Positions 12,393 to 23,850 of a DNA stretch of 64,000 nucleotides are shown here, in pieces. A program made the position numbers and the translations under genes. The notes below the pieces were generated by a model. The model was not told the DNA's origin. It made no database searches and saw only the letters and a list, made by a program, of their open reading frames with translations. Source of the DNA: Felis catus. Lineage: Eukaryota. The stretch lies in NCBI RefSeq assembly GCF_018350175.1, contig NC_058368.1, forward strand, positions 29,204,001 to 29,268,000. Direction: 5' to 3'. Positions within the stretch are counted from its first letter, which is position 1. Each line of letters starts with the position of its first letter.

Positions 12393-13804
12393 AGTTTTGA
12401 CCAAATTTTTAATCAGCAACACTTGCCCTTCCTCTCAAATCAGAAATTCCAGGAATCTACTATCTTATTTTTCTAATTACATTTATTTTTTTTTTAATGC
12501 TTATTTATTTTGAGAGAGAGAGATTGTGAGCAGGGGAGGGGCAGAAAGAGGGGGAGAGAGAATCCCAAGCAAATTCTGAGCTCTCAGCACAGAGTCTGAC
12601 ATAGGACTTGATCCCATGACCGAGAGATCATGACCTAAGCCAAAATCAAGAGTTGGACACTTAATCAACTGAACCGCCAAGGCGCCCCCTCATTATTTTT
12701 AAAATACAAGAGATTTGCCAATATTCTTTCAACTCCAAGGAAACTTCCTACAGTAGGCATGATGTACCTTTTATTAGAAATGAGATGCCAGCTTGTGGGA
12801 GTAATAGCCTGTTAGTGTAACATTGAGAGAAGTCTAGCATGCCTTCAGCATGAAGCCAAGAGCTATTGCTCTCAGAGGGTTGTTCTGTATACATCTGTAA
12901 TTTCTGACGATAGTGACTCCAATCAGATTCTCCTGGGGTTACCCCACATTCTGATGACAGTCTCCTATTGTTCTTTCAACAAATTCAAACAAATATTTGT
13001 TGACTCCTTTTTAAGTGCCATTCACTCCTCAAGATGCAGGGGATCTGGGCTCACTCACTCTTCTATCCTCCATACACCTCTTCTTCAACTGCATCTAACT
13101 CACCAGTGCATCTAACTCACACCATTATCTCCTTGTCTATTCACTCATTCAACCCACAGTTGTTGAGCACCCATCTGTACCCATTGTTTTCTTCTTTCTT
13201 CCCTTCTCAGCCAAAACAGTGCCTTCTGGCCTATGCCAGAATTAGTTTCTCCATCTGTGCTTAGAAGAGAATATGTTTCTACCTTCTTTGGAGACTTTAC
13301 TGCTCTCTCCTTATTCTTCCTTCTCTTCTTAATTACTGTTATCATTTTTTTAAATTACTGTTATCAAACAATTATCCTACTTATACAAATGAGAACTGAA
13401 GTTTTAAAAATAAATTTGGGGGCTCCTGAGTGGCTCAGTCGGCTGGGCGTCCAACTCTTGGCTTCTGCTCAGGTCATGATCTCGTGATCTTGCAGTTCAT
13501 GAGTTTGAGCCCCACATCGGGCTTCATGCTGACAGTGTGGAGCCTGCTTGGGATTCTCTCTCTCTCCCTCTGTCTCTCTGCCTCTCCCCCGCCTGCTTTC
13601 TTTCTCTCAAAAATAAGTAAATAAACTTTAAAAAAAATTTAAGTAAATTTGCACTAAATTAAAAAACTGAGAAGGGCGGGCCATCTTGCCAAAGCTCAGG
13701 CACCTAGCCTCTGTGCTACACTGCCCCCCACAGCATATGAACTAGTTTCCATGGCTTCTTGACCAGCCTCCTTCATTGTCTGCATAGCTGCCGAGGGAGT
13801 CTTT

Positions 13805-14285
13805 ATTAATTTCCCATTGCTGCTGTAACAAATTGCTATACATTTAGTGGCTTACAGCAACACAGATGTATTACTGTAGAGTTCTGGAGGTCAGACGTCT
13901 GAAATGTGTTTTGCAAACTATGTTCCTTTTGGAGGCTGTAGCAGAGAATTCCTTTCCTTACCTTTCACAACTTCTCCAGACCACCTGCATCCCTAGGCTT
14001 GTGGCCCCTTTTTCCATCTTCAAAGCCAACAGCATAGATTCTCTCTCCTCTGACCTCTGCATCCCCCTCACATCTTCTCTCTGACTCTAACTCCACCACC
14101 TCTCTCATCAGGACTCTTGTGATCACACCCACCAAGATAATGCAGGGTAATCTCCCCATCTCAAGATCCTTAACTTAATCACATCTGCAAAGTCCCCTTT
14201 TTCCATGTAAAGTAACACATTCACAGATTCCAGGGATTAGGATGTGAATTTTGTCAGGAAGCGGGGCATGATTCAGCCTACTGAG
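13805..14285 (-). mobile_element. MLT1 (MaLR) LTR
   Basis: ttgctgctgtaacaaatt...gtggctta...ttctggaggtcag...taatcacatctgcaaagtccc...ccagggattaggatgtg, the typical MLT1 layout. Confidence 0.8.
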
Positions 14286-14853
14286 TTATCTTTGTAAACT
14301 ACAAAATCCTTCTGTGGCTTTCAAGAGAAAGCTGAACCTCTCTGCCTCAGTATGCGAAGCCCTTTATGATTCTGTTCCTGCCTGCCTATACAGCCTCGTG
14401 TCCCACCACTCAACCAGACTGTGCCACTTGTCATTTCTCAAATTCTCAGTGTATATCTGTGATGCCCTGTCTGTGACTCGCTAATTCCATCTTGTCCTTC
14501 CAAACTCAGATTAAGCATCATCTTGTCCCAGAAGCCATCCCTGCTCACTACTCTAATGTGGTTGAACCTCCTCCACATTGTCAAAACACTCAGCACTCAC
14601 CTCTAATACAGCACTCTTCACACCATGTTGAGGTTAACTTACTTGTCCATTTCCCCCATTACACTGAAGATCCTCTGGATTGGACACTATGTCTTACTTG
14701 ACTGTACTCCCTGTGTTTTACAGTTGGTGCTCACAGATATCTTTGCTGAATTAATCATCTTCCTGCCATGCACATGGCATAGCATTTTACATGTAGCAGA
14801 GAATCAAAGTCATGTTGGTTACATTGAAAGGCTGTTGTTTTTACCTCCTCAAG

Positions 14854-14936
14854 AATCAAAAGATAATGTATCATCTTATACAAAAGATATTCAGAATTTG
14901 GGACTTGTGTCCTGTTCCCCAGAACTACAAAATCCG
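14854..14936 (+). CDS. Candidate upstream exon B of extended MTRF1
   Basis: Acceptor ttgtttttacctcctcaAG; 83 nt open, (E)SKDNVSSYTKDIQNLGLVSCSPELQNP; donor CCG|GTGTGA; phase 1 to 0. Confidence 0.35.
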
Positions 14937-15512
14937 GTGTGAACAATACATTGCCAACTAAGTATGATACAAGAAAAGATTGAGCAGCATCACAAGCGAT
15001 GTAATGAGATCACATGGGAGCTCAAAAGGAGGCAGAACTAACTGTGATTAGGTGGATGGGCTGATCTATAAAAAATGGTGACAGCAGGAATGGTGTCTAT
15101 CTTCCTCACCACTCAACTCCTAGCACTGAGCAGCATGCTTGGCACATAGTGGGTATACGCCAAGTGCCAGTTTGATGAAGACAATTCCACTGTATTCACT
15201 CCAGACAGAGAAATTAATGTGAAGAAAAACCATAAGGCTTTGAAATGGGCAAAAAGATTATGGGACAGTCCTGCGGAATGGACTGTTTTCCCTTGCCTTT
15301 GAGCTGTTTTATAACTCTTTTAAGTTGCAGAAAACTGCTAACAATGCAAAGGATTCTTGTTGCCAGCAATGCAAATTGTGTGATAGAGATGCAAATTATT
15401 ACTGTCTTGTGTATATTGACCAGCTTTTCATCTTTTTTCTTTTCTTTTTTTTTTTTATTTGAGAGAGAGTGTGCATCTGCATGAGCAGGGAAGGGATAGA
15501 GGGGGAGGGAGG

Positions 15513-15570
<58 letters not shown>

Positions 15571-16791
15571 CTTAAACAGGCTCCATGCTCAGTGTGGAGC
15601 CTTACACGGACTCAATCCCAAAACCCTCGAATCATGACCTGAACCAAAATCGAGAGTCGGACACTCAACCAACTGAGCCACCTAGGCGCCCCCGATTTTT
15701 CATGTCTTAAACAAATTCATTTTAGTGTTCCTTACGGCATATTTATGTCTTCTCTCAGGATTTTTCTTTAGTTGTAACATCCTTTATTCATAATTAGTTA
15801 AAATTTTTAACAGATGTACATCTCATACCAGTACAAGGATCATAGTCTCACCTTTAAAAAAAATACCATTTAGCAATATGAACAAAAAGACACGTTTGAA
15901 ATTGTGTTTTGGGGAAATAAGGAGTCTTCCAGTTGAACTGAGACATGAGGTTCTTGGAGGGTATCACGAGCGAAGAAAGGGTGATTGGAGTCAGATCAGT
16001 GCGGTGCTGAGGGGATGATGCACCATTAAATGAGACAGAAAACAGGTGGCAGAAACAAGGTCACAGTGTAGCCCCCCTGTCTTGGTTCAAACCCTTCTGG
16101 CCAATATATTGTCTCTTGGGCACAACCTAGAGCAAGTCATGTAGGCATACTGGGCTTTGCAATTGAACCTAAACTGGGCTTTGCAATTGAACCTACTTCA
16201 TAGGGGTTTTGAAAGATTGAATGAGTTAGTTCAGTGTAAAACATTCAGAGCATTACCTGATAAAGAATAAGTACTCAGTGAATGTTAACCACTGTATTGT
16301 TGTCACAGTTCACCATTCTTTGTCTGAAGTACTTGGGAGCATATGTTTTCAAACTTTGGAATATTTTGGACTTAGAAAGGAAAATGTGTGTGCTGTTTGT
16401 TACATAAGACTGTTAGTGGGATCCGGGCCAGCACCCTATAAATACATGAATATTTTTTCAGTAAAATATATGAACATTTATTCCAAGTGAGATAAATAAA
16501 GATATAAATGGCCTCACATCAGTCCCAGTCAGGATTGCCTGACAAATTCGGAAGCTTTGCCCATCCAATAATTTACTAAGACTTCAGTTTTCAGACATTT
16601 TTTAATTCAAAATAAAGTTTTTCAGAGCTTTGGGGACTTGGGAATTACAGACAACTGTCATATTACTGAAGTAAGAAAAGATCAGATTGAAATAGAATTT
16701 GGAAATCCTGGAAATGGTTTGGAAAGGAAGCTTTTGAATTTGATACCCTCTCCACTTTGGCAAAGTTTTCACTTTTCCTTTTAAAAATTTC

Positions 16792-17019
16792 TTTTTTTTT
16801 TTTAATTTTTTTTCAACGTTTTTTATTTATTTTTGGGACAGAGAGAGACAGAGCATGAACGGGGGAGGGGCAGAGAGAGAGGGAGACACAGAATCGGAAA
16901 CAGGCTCCAGGCTCCTAGCCATCAGCCCAGAGCCTGATGCGGGGCTCGAACTCACGGACCGCGAGATTGTGACCTGGCTGAAGTCGGATGCTTAACCGAC
17001 TGCGCCACCCAGGCGCCCC
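16792..17019 (-). mobile_element. Young SINEC_Fc-type insertion
   Basis: CpG-rich; 16-bp TSD TCCTTTTAAAAATTTC at 16776-16791 and 17020-17035. Confidence 0.92.
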
Positions 17020-17072
17020 TCCTTTTAAAAATTTCAAAGCAAGGGCAACCAGTAGTTGAGGAGGATAAGTTT

Positions 17073-17661
17073 TGTAACCAAACTCAAGGGGTTCACTGCT
17101 TGGGGTGCATTAAATTGAACACGACCCAAAAGAGCATTGAAAGCAAAGAACTTGCTATACTTATTAAAAGTAAGGAGACAGGGAGATAGCTCTCAAAGCA
17201 CTGTCTTCCCCAGAGGGTTAGTACAGGAAGCTTTTATTCAGTATATTGGGGACAGGGTCAGGATGCTTGCAGAGACACTCCGGTTCAATTGTCCATGCCT
17301 ACCATGTCAACACACTAGGCATACATTTTTCGTTCAAAAAATGGCAGAAAACCCCACCCACGGCAGATCTTAACATTATAATGAGCTAAAGGTACCCTCG
17401 GGACAACTGGAGGTCATTGGAGCAGGTACTCAGCCCCAATCTGGCTCAAACCTGCTCAAGTGAAGGGCTATCAAGTGAGACACACCTACCAAGGGGCTAT
17501 CAGGTGAGACACACCTAGCCAGGTATCTCCTTGGCTAAAACTGTTGGTTCTGCAAAACAAAACACATTCCATCCCGGTTTTGCCCCCTCCTTTTCCTCCC
17601 TTCTGCTTATAGCTTTCAGTCCTCAGATTTGAGTAACATCCCAATTGCATCCTAGCTAACA
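17073..17661 (-). mobile_element. Probable solo ERV LTR
   Basis: Begins TGTAACC and ends near a TAACA; AATAAA on the minus strand (ttttatt near 17233); internal duplication of about 29 bp at 17464-17520; no clean TSD. Confidence 0.45.
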
Positions 17662-18185
17662 TTTTCTCTTTGTAGACATTCTAGCTAATAAATGAAGAAA
17701 GAATGATAAAACACCACCATTTTGCAGCTTCTAGTGAAATAATGGATCTAGGCAATCAGGAGCTGCTAGTATCATTTTTAAAACACACAACTAAATGTTT
17801 TGCACCTCCCTTTGGAAGCGTCTAACCCACCTATAAGGTACTTCCGCCTCAAAAATTTTAATCTGAATTGATCAAGCCAAGGATCAGTTTATAGGAAATA
17901 CAGGTAACAAAGGAACATGATAAACACTGCAACACAATTCTGGGAAAATCCAGATTGTGTGAAACTCCTCAAGGCAAAAGATCTGGTTTCTTCAACACAT
18001 ACATTGCAAGGGAAAAAAAGGTGGGGGGGAGACCTGTGGATTAAAACAAACCAAAAATATAGCAAGAAATTGCAATACGTGGGCCTCATTTCAATACCAA
18101 TATGAACAAACTGCCAAAGAAAAAAATCTGATACAGTGAGAAGAATTTGAACATGAACTGGGTATTTGATAATGTTAGGAAGCTA

Positions 18186-18683
18186 TTTTTTTTAATATTT
18201 ATTTTTTAGAGAGAGAGAAAGAGAGAAACAGTGTGTGAGCAGGGGAGGAGCAGAGAGAGAGGGAGACACAGAGTCCGAAGCAGGCTCCAGGCTCCAAGCT
18301 GTCAGCACAGAGCCCGAAGTGGGGCTCGAACCCATGAGCTGTGAGATCATGACCTGAGCCGAAGTCGGACGCCCAACCAACTGAGCCACCCAGGCACCCC
18401 AGGAAGCTATTTTTAATTTGAGGAGGTAATTATATTTTTAAAAAGGCTTTATTGGGGCGCCTGGGTGGCTCAGTCGGTTGAGCATCCGACTTCGGCTCAG
18501 GTCATGATCTCGCGGTCCGTGAGTTCGAGCCCTGCGTCAGGCTCTGTGCTGACCGCTCAGAGCCTGGGGCCTGTTTCAGATTCTGTGTCTCCCTCTCTCT
18601 CTGACCCTCCCCCCGTTCATGCTCTGTCTCTCTCTGTCTCAAAAATAAATAAATGTTAAAAAAAAATTAAAAAAAAAATAAAA
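18186..18683. mobile_element. Head-to-head inverted SINEC pair (about 18186-18400 minus, 18453-18683 plus)
   Basis: Two complete SINEs about 52 bp apart, with TSD-like flanks aggaagctattttt and aaaaaggctttatt. Confidence 0.88.
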
Positions 18684-19016
18684 AGGCTTTATTTTCTGGA
18701 ACTACCTACTAACATATTTACAGATGTTTTGTATTTGCTCCAAAGTAATTCTCTGAGGATATGGGGAGCAAGCCTAGGGAGGAGGGCAGATTAACACTGC
18801 ATTGATAACTTGAGAATTTGGGACCGGTGCATAGAGGTTCATTATATTGTTCTCCCTAATTTTGAACTATTTGAAAATTGTTGTAATACAAAGGGAAGAA
18901 ATGGAAAGATAAATATCTACACATACACACACTATAGATTTCCTCCACGTAGACTACTTTGGATCTAAGACAGAAAAGACTTTAATGCTTATAAAGGGTA
19001 TTTAAATACCACTGTT

Positions 19017-19260
19017 GGGGCGCCTGGGTGGCGCAGTCGGTTAAGCGTCCGACTTCAGCCAGGTCACGATCTCGCGGTCCGTGAGTTCGAGCCCCGCGTC
19101 GGGCTCTGGGCTGACAGCTCAGAGCCTGGAGCCTGTCTCCAATTCTGTGTCTCCCTCTCTCTCTGCCCCTCCCCGTTCATGCTCTGTCTCTCTCTGTCCC
19201 AAAAATAAATAAACGTTGAAAAAAAAAATTAAAAAAAAATAAAATAAAATAAAAAATAAA
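19017..19260 (+). mobile_element. Young SINEC_Fc-type insertion
   Basis: TSD TAAATACCACTGTT at 19003-19016 and 19261-19274; CpGs intact. Confidence 0.92.
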
Positions 19261-19513
19261 TAAATACCACTGTTAAGAGAAAAAAAGAATAAAATTTATT
19301 GAAACAACTATATGAAAATATATGATTCAAAACTGAAGTAAATGATTTAAGAAAAACATTTAGCCTGAAATTCAGGATGATATATGGAAGAGATGAAATT
19401 ACCAATGAGTCTTAGGAGAGCTTATCAAAGCTGACTTCAACCTAGGCTAATACCAGTTTAGGATAGAATAAAAATGAGTTCCCAAGATCACTTCTTCTTT
19501 GTCCTGCCTATGC

Positions 19514-19619
19514 TTTTTCTTTTCTTTTCTTTTTTCTTTTCTTTTTTCTTTCCTTTTCTTTTTTTCTTTCCTTTCCTTTCCTTTCCTTTCCTTTCCTTTC
19601 CTTTCCTTTCCTTTTCTTT
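19514..19619. repeat. Polypyrimidine tract with (TTTCC)n
   Basis: About 105 nt of pure pyrimidine. Confidence 0.93.
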
Positions 19620-19702
19620 ATAATAGGAAAAGGAAGAGAGTAGGTTGACTTCTTAAGACATCTCTGACTCTGCAAATAAGGAGAGATCCAGTTTCAATAA
19701 TG

Positions 19703-19716
19703 CCAGCAGGTGGCGC
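19703..19716 (+). promoter_or_regulatory. CTCF-binding motif
   Basis: CCAGCAGGTGGCGC matches the CTCF core consensus and keeps its CpG within AT-rich intergenic DNA. Confidence 0.65.
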
Positions 19717-19833
19717 GTTTCCTAGCTTTTTTTTTTTTTTTTTAAATCAAAGCTAAGAAAAATTTGAGCACCAGTATGAATATATGAAAATAAGAAACGC
19801 TGCCTTTTCATCTTCGTATTCTGCTTCTTTCAG

Positions 19834-19857
19834 GGAAAATACTTTACAAGAATACAG
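19834..19857 (+). CDS. Candidate 24-nt microexon C of extended MTRF1
   Basis: Long pyrimidine tract ccttttcatcttcgtattctgcttctttcAG; GKYFTRIQ; donor CAG|GTAGAA; phase 0 to 0. Confidence 0.35.
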
Positions 19858-21659
19858 GTAGAATAACCTTTGTTTTGCTGTTTCTTTTCCATGTAAGTGA
19901 GGGCTTGAATTCTGTATTAAATTGTTAAGTAATTCCTAGTTTCACTTTTTCTAGAATAAAATATAGCTGGTTAAAATACCAAATGGCTGCCAATCTTCAC
20001 ATTGTGGAACGCCTCAGGATGTGGTAAAGACCCTAAACTGAACCAGAGAGCCAACATGCATTTCACAGTGGGCTGTGACCCATAGTGTTTTATGGTTTGC
20101 GTCCTGGGATTTTATGTTGCTTTCAGTACCTCGGAACATTTCCCAGATGGGCCCAAAGGTTTCAACTTAGCCTGGAACAATCTCTACACCCACCCTGGTT
20201 TGACTCCCCAAAGAATATCCAGAGCTGAGGAAACCCTGGTGCTCTGCTTCTCTCAGGGAAAAAGCCCTAAGTGGATGCTTTTTGGTGTGGAATCTCTGTA
20301 GAAGGACATAAATCATCCTTCTCTTAGTACTGCAGAAACAAGAGTGTCCCCAGAATCTTTAAAACAATCTGGAGGTTGGGGCGCCTGGGTGGCACAGTTG
20401 GTTAAGTGTCCTACTGGCTCAGGTCATGATCTCACAACTGGTGAGTTGGAGCCCTGCTTCAGGCTCTATGCTGCCCCTCCCCTACTAGTGCTCTGTCTCT
20501 CCCTCTCTATCTCTCTCAAATAGAACTAAACATTAAAAATTTTTTTAAAAATAATAAAACTATCTGGAGGTCTCTGAGAAGAAGCTAAGTGAAAATCCCC
20601 ATTCTCTACCCTTTGGAAATTGGGCTAAGTTTGCCGTATGTAAATGGCTCTGAAAAATCGCTGCAAATATTTTGGTGTTTGAACCTCCTCCAAGACAGAG
20701 GAAAGGGACATAGGTCATTTAGTTTTTAAAGGAATACCAAATTGTCAGTGCCCATTACACATATATTCTTAAAAGAAATTTTTATGAGATCAACTTTATA
20801 GTGAGAAATATTTCAGACATAATAGCTCTTGTTGCTAATTTAATCAAATGCTATTATTTTCACTGAATCAACCTTTTTATTACTATTTCCAGAAAAATGT
20901 TTCCTGTAATAGATCAGGCTCTTTGGAAGTAGAAGTTAACTTTATAAAATGATTCAATAATAATAACTCCCATAAGGCTTTTTCAATCAAACATTAAAGA
21001 ATGTAGTTTTTTCTTCTTTTATAGCTGTCTTATTTATAATAATGCTTATTAAAAAACTTCAGGAAATCCAGAATACTATAAAGAAAATAAGAATGACCTA
21101 TAATTCCACTGGACTTTTATTTTTAAAGTTTATTAATTTGTTTTGAGAGAGACAGAAAGTGTGAGTAGGGGAGGGGCAGCAAGAGAAGGACAAAGACCGA
21201 ATCCCAAGCAGGCTCCTGTCAGCAAAAAGCCCAACGTGGGGTTCAAACTCACAAACCTTGAGATCATGACCTGAATTGAAGCTGGATGCTTAACCAACTA
21301 AGCCACCCAGGTGCCCCTCCACTGGACTTTTAAATATATATGCATCACATGTGTTGTTCAAATGGAATAGTTTGCTGAGTTTTTTTGTCCCCCTCACACC
21401 TTCCCCCCCCCCTCTTTTTTGGCTGAGCGTTTTTTTAGCAATGTCATTTTCATTTAATGATTTATTGTGGACATTATTGTGTATTAATAAATGTAGATAT
21501 ACCACATTATATTCTTTTAAAAAAAAACATGGAGGAGGAAGCAGTATTTATAACACCAAGGATAAACGTCTTTAGGGATTTTTTTTAATTGAGAAATAAA
21601 ATACATAAAGTACGTAAAGTTTCATGTACTATATCTCAATAGATTTTTACATATGTAAA

Positions 21660-22000
21660 TGTAAAGTCCACTTGGGCTGCCATAACAAAATACCACAAGC
21701 CTGAGTGACTTAAACAACAGAAAAACCTTCACACTTTGGGAAGTAGGGAAGTCCAAGATCAAGGTGCCGGCAGGGTAGATTTCATTCTGAGGCCTCGTTG
21801 TCTTAGAGAAAGAGGGACAGAAAAAGAAGAAACAGCTTGCACTCGCAAGCTTCTTACAAGGGCACAAATGCTACTAGATCGGGCTTTCACCTTTATGGCT
21901 CACTTAACCTTAAAGGCCCGATTTCCAGTGCAGTCATATTGGAGGGTAGCTTCAACATATTAGATTTGGGAACGCAGGGGACACAATTTGGTCCGTAGCA
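21660..22000 (-). mobile_element. MLT1A-like MaLR LTR
   Basis: gggctgccataacaaaataccac...aagtccaagatcaaggtgccggcag...gcttcaacata...ggggacacaatt. Confidence 0.75.
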
Positions 22001-22654
22001 GTAAGGCTTATTTTTTAAAGAGAATAAATCTTTGTATACTATAATACTTAAATTATTATGTCTGCATACACAAATCAAAATAAAGAATTAAAGGATTTCA
22101 TTGGATAATTTAGGAGAATGATTTATGTGGATCCCTTGGAATTTGTTCTCTACTGGAAAATAAACTCCATATAGGCAAAGTTTTGTCTTTTCTAGTCATT
22201 GTTAAATTTTCATATCCAGAACACAGTGAGTAGACATAACTGGTACTCATTATTGAATGAATGATTGTTTTCCTTTTTCTTTCTTTTTTTGAAGGAAGGA
22301 GAGTATCAGAGCTTAGGAGCCACAGATCATTAAGACAGACTGCCTTGACTGAATCTCAGTTCTATTACTCATCAGTTCTTTTACCTTGGACAAGTTACTT
22401 AAGCTCTCTATGCCTTAGTTTTTTCCTCTTCCACAAAATGGATATTTTAGGGTTGTTGTAGTATGGATTAAACTAATAGGCTTAAACCATTTAGTATATA
22501 ATTTAATATATACTAGATAGAAGTAGATACCTTTAACTAAGTAATGTTAGATATTTACATTTAGGGTTAATTGTCCTTTTTATATGGGATTGTAACCTAA
22601 GAAAATATCCTATGAATTTGGTTATATGGGTTGATGTTTACCTTGGCTTTTCAG

Positions 22655-22718
22655 AAAGTGATATTGAGACACAGCTGTCGTGTAACTTGTAAATGTGATC
22701 GCCACTGGAATATCCAAA
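22655..22718 (+). CDS. Candidate upstream exon D of extended MTRF1
   Basis: Acceptor tttaccttggcttttcAG; KVILRHSCRVTCKCDRHWNIQ+A; donor AA|GTAAGG; phase 0 to 1, joining MTRF1 exon 2 as A|AT GCT GAG ATG. Confidence 0.38.
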
Positions 22719-23459
22719 GTAAGGCAATATGTTTGCATTCTCCTGGAATTGTCTATTAGTTGGTTTATTTAATCGGTAGTTTACAAGCTATGAACCTAGT
22801 TTGAGCCCCTAAATTCTGTATGTGCATGCAACATCTATAAAGTCATTAATTTGTGGATATATGTAGTCTTCTATCTTTAAGATCCTGTTATGATTTTTAA
22901 AAATATAAATTTATATCCTCCTTTAGTTACTAGGTATTTTCTCAAGCAGTGGAAGTTGAAAGTACAACTATTAACATGCAAAATCCTGGGGCGCCTGGGT
23001 GGATCAGTTGGTTAAGTGTGTGACTTCAGCTCAGGTCATCATCTCATGGTCCATTAGTTCAGGCCTCGTGTCAGGCTCTGTGCTGACAGCCCAGAGCCTG
23101 GAGACTGCTTTAGATTCTGTGTCTCCCTCTCTCTCTGCCCCTTCCCTGCTCACGCTGTATCTCTCTCCCTCTCAAATAAATAAATAAATAAATAATAATA
23201 AACATTAAAAAATATTTTGTTAAAAACATGCAGAATCCCACAGGAAAAAAAAAGAAATAAAAATGAAAAAACCATGCAGAATCCCCAAATTTGGGGGTGA
23301 TGAAAAGGGAGTCCTCAAAAAAAAAAAAAAAAACACTGCTTTAGTGGCTCCACATATAAGGAAATTCTTTTAATTTCAAATTACTATATTGTAATTCTTG
23401 ATCTCCTAATCAGAATGGTAGAGAATCTCTCTCATGTTATTTGCCTGTAACTATGAAAC

Positions 23460-23850
23460 CAAAGGTCCATCAAAGGCCGCCTGGGCATAAACTACAACTC
23501 CCAGGATTCCCGGGTGGGATCCCCGGGAGTTGTAGTTCATTCTACATTTCACCACCCGCCCACCCTCCTTACCCCATCGCAACCCACGCCCTGGGCTCAG
23601 GTTTTGGATGAGTACTGCGCGGGTGGTCATCTCCTGGGATATTCATTTTTGCCTTATCATTTTTCTTTCTTTCTCGATTTGTCATTTTTCCCTTGCGTTT
23701 CCCCTGTTAGCTGTTAACACGCACGCCCACGACGACTCCGGAGAGGCTGAGAGCAAGCGTCCACCCGGAAGGAGTGATACCGGAAGTGAAAGTAATCCCG
23801 TGTGTGTCGGGCTGAAATGTAGCAGGTCACAGAGAGTTCCGGCTACAGTG
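23460..23850 (+). promoter_or_regulatory. MTRF1: MTRF1 proximal promoter and start of non-coding exon 1
   Basis: Local CpG enrichment; inverted pair of ACTACAACTCCC (ZNF143/THAP11-type) motifs at 23490-23537; ETS/GABP sites CCGGAAG 23765-23771 and CCGGAAGTG 23780-23788. Candidate donors at 23826 (CAG|GTCACA) and 24124 (CAG|GTATGG). Confidence 0.75.
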
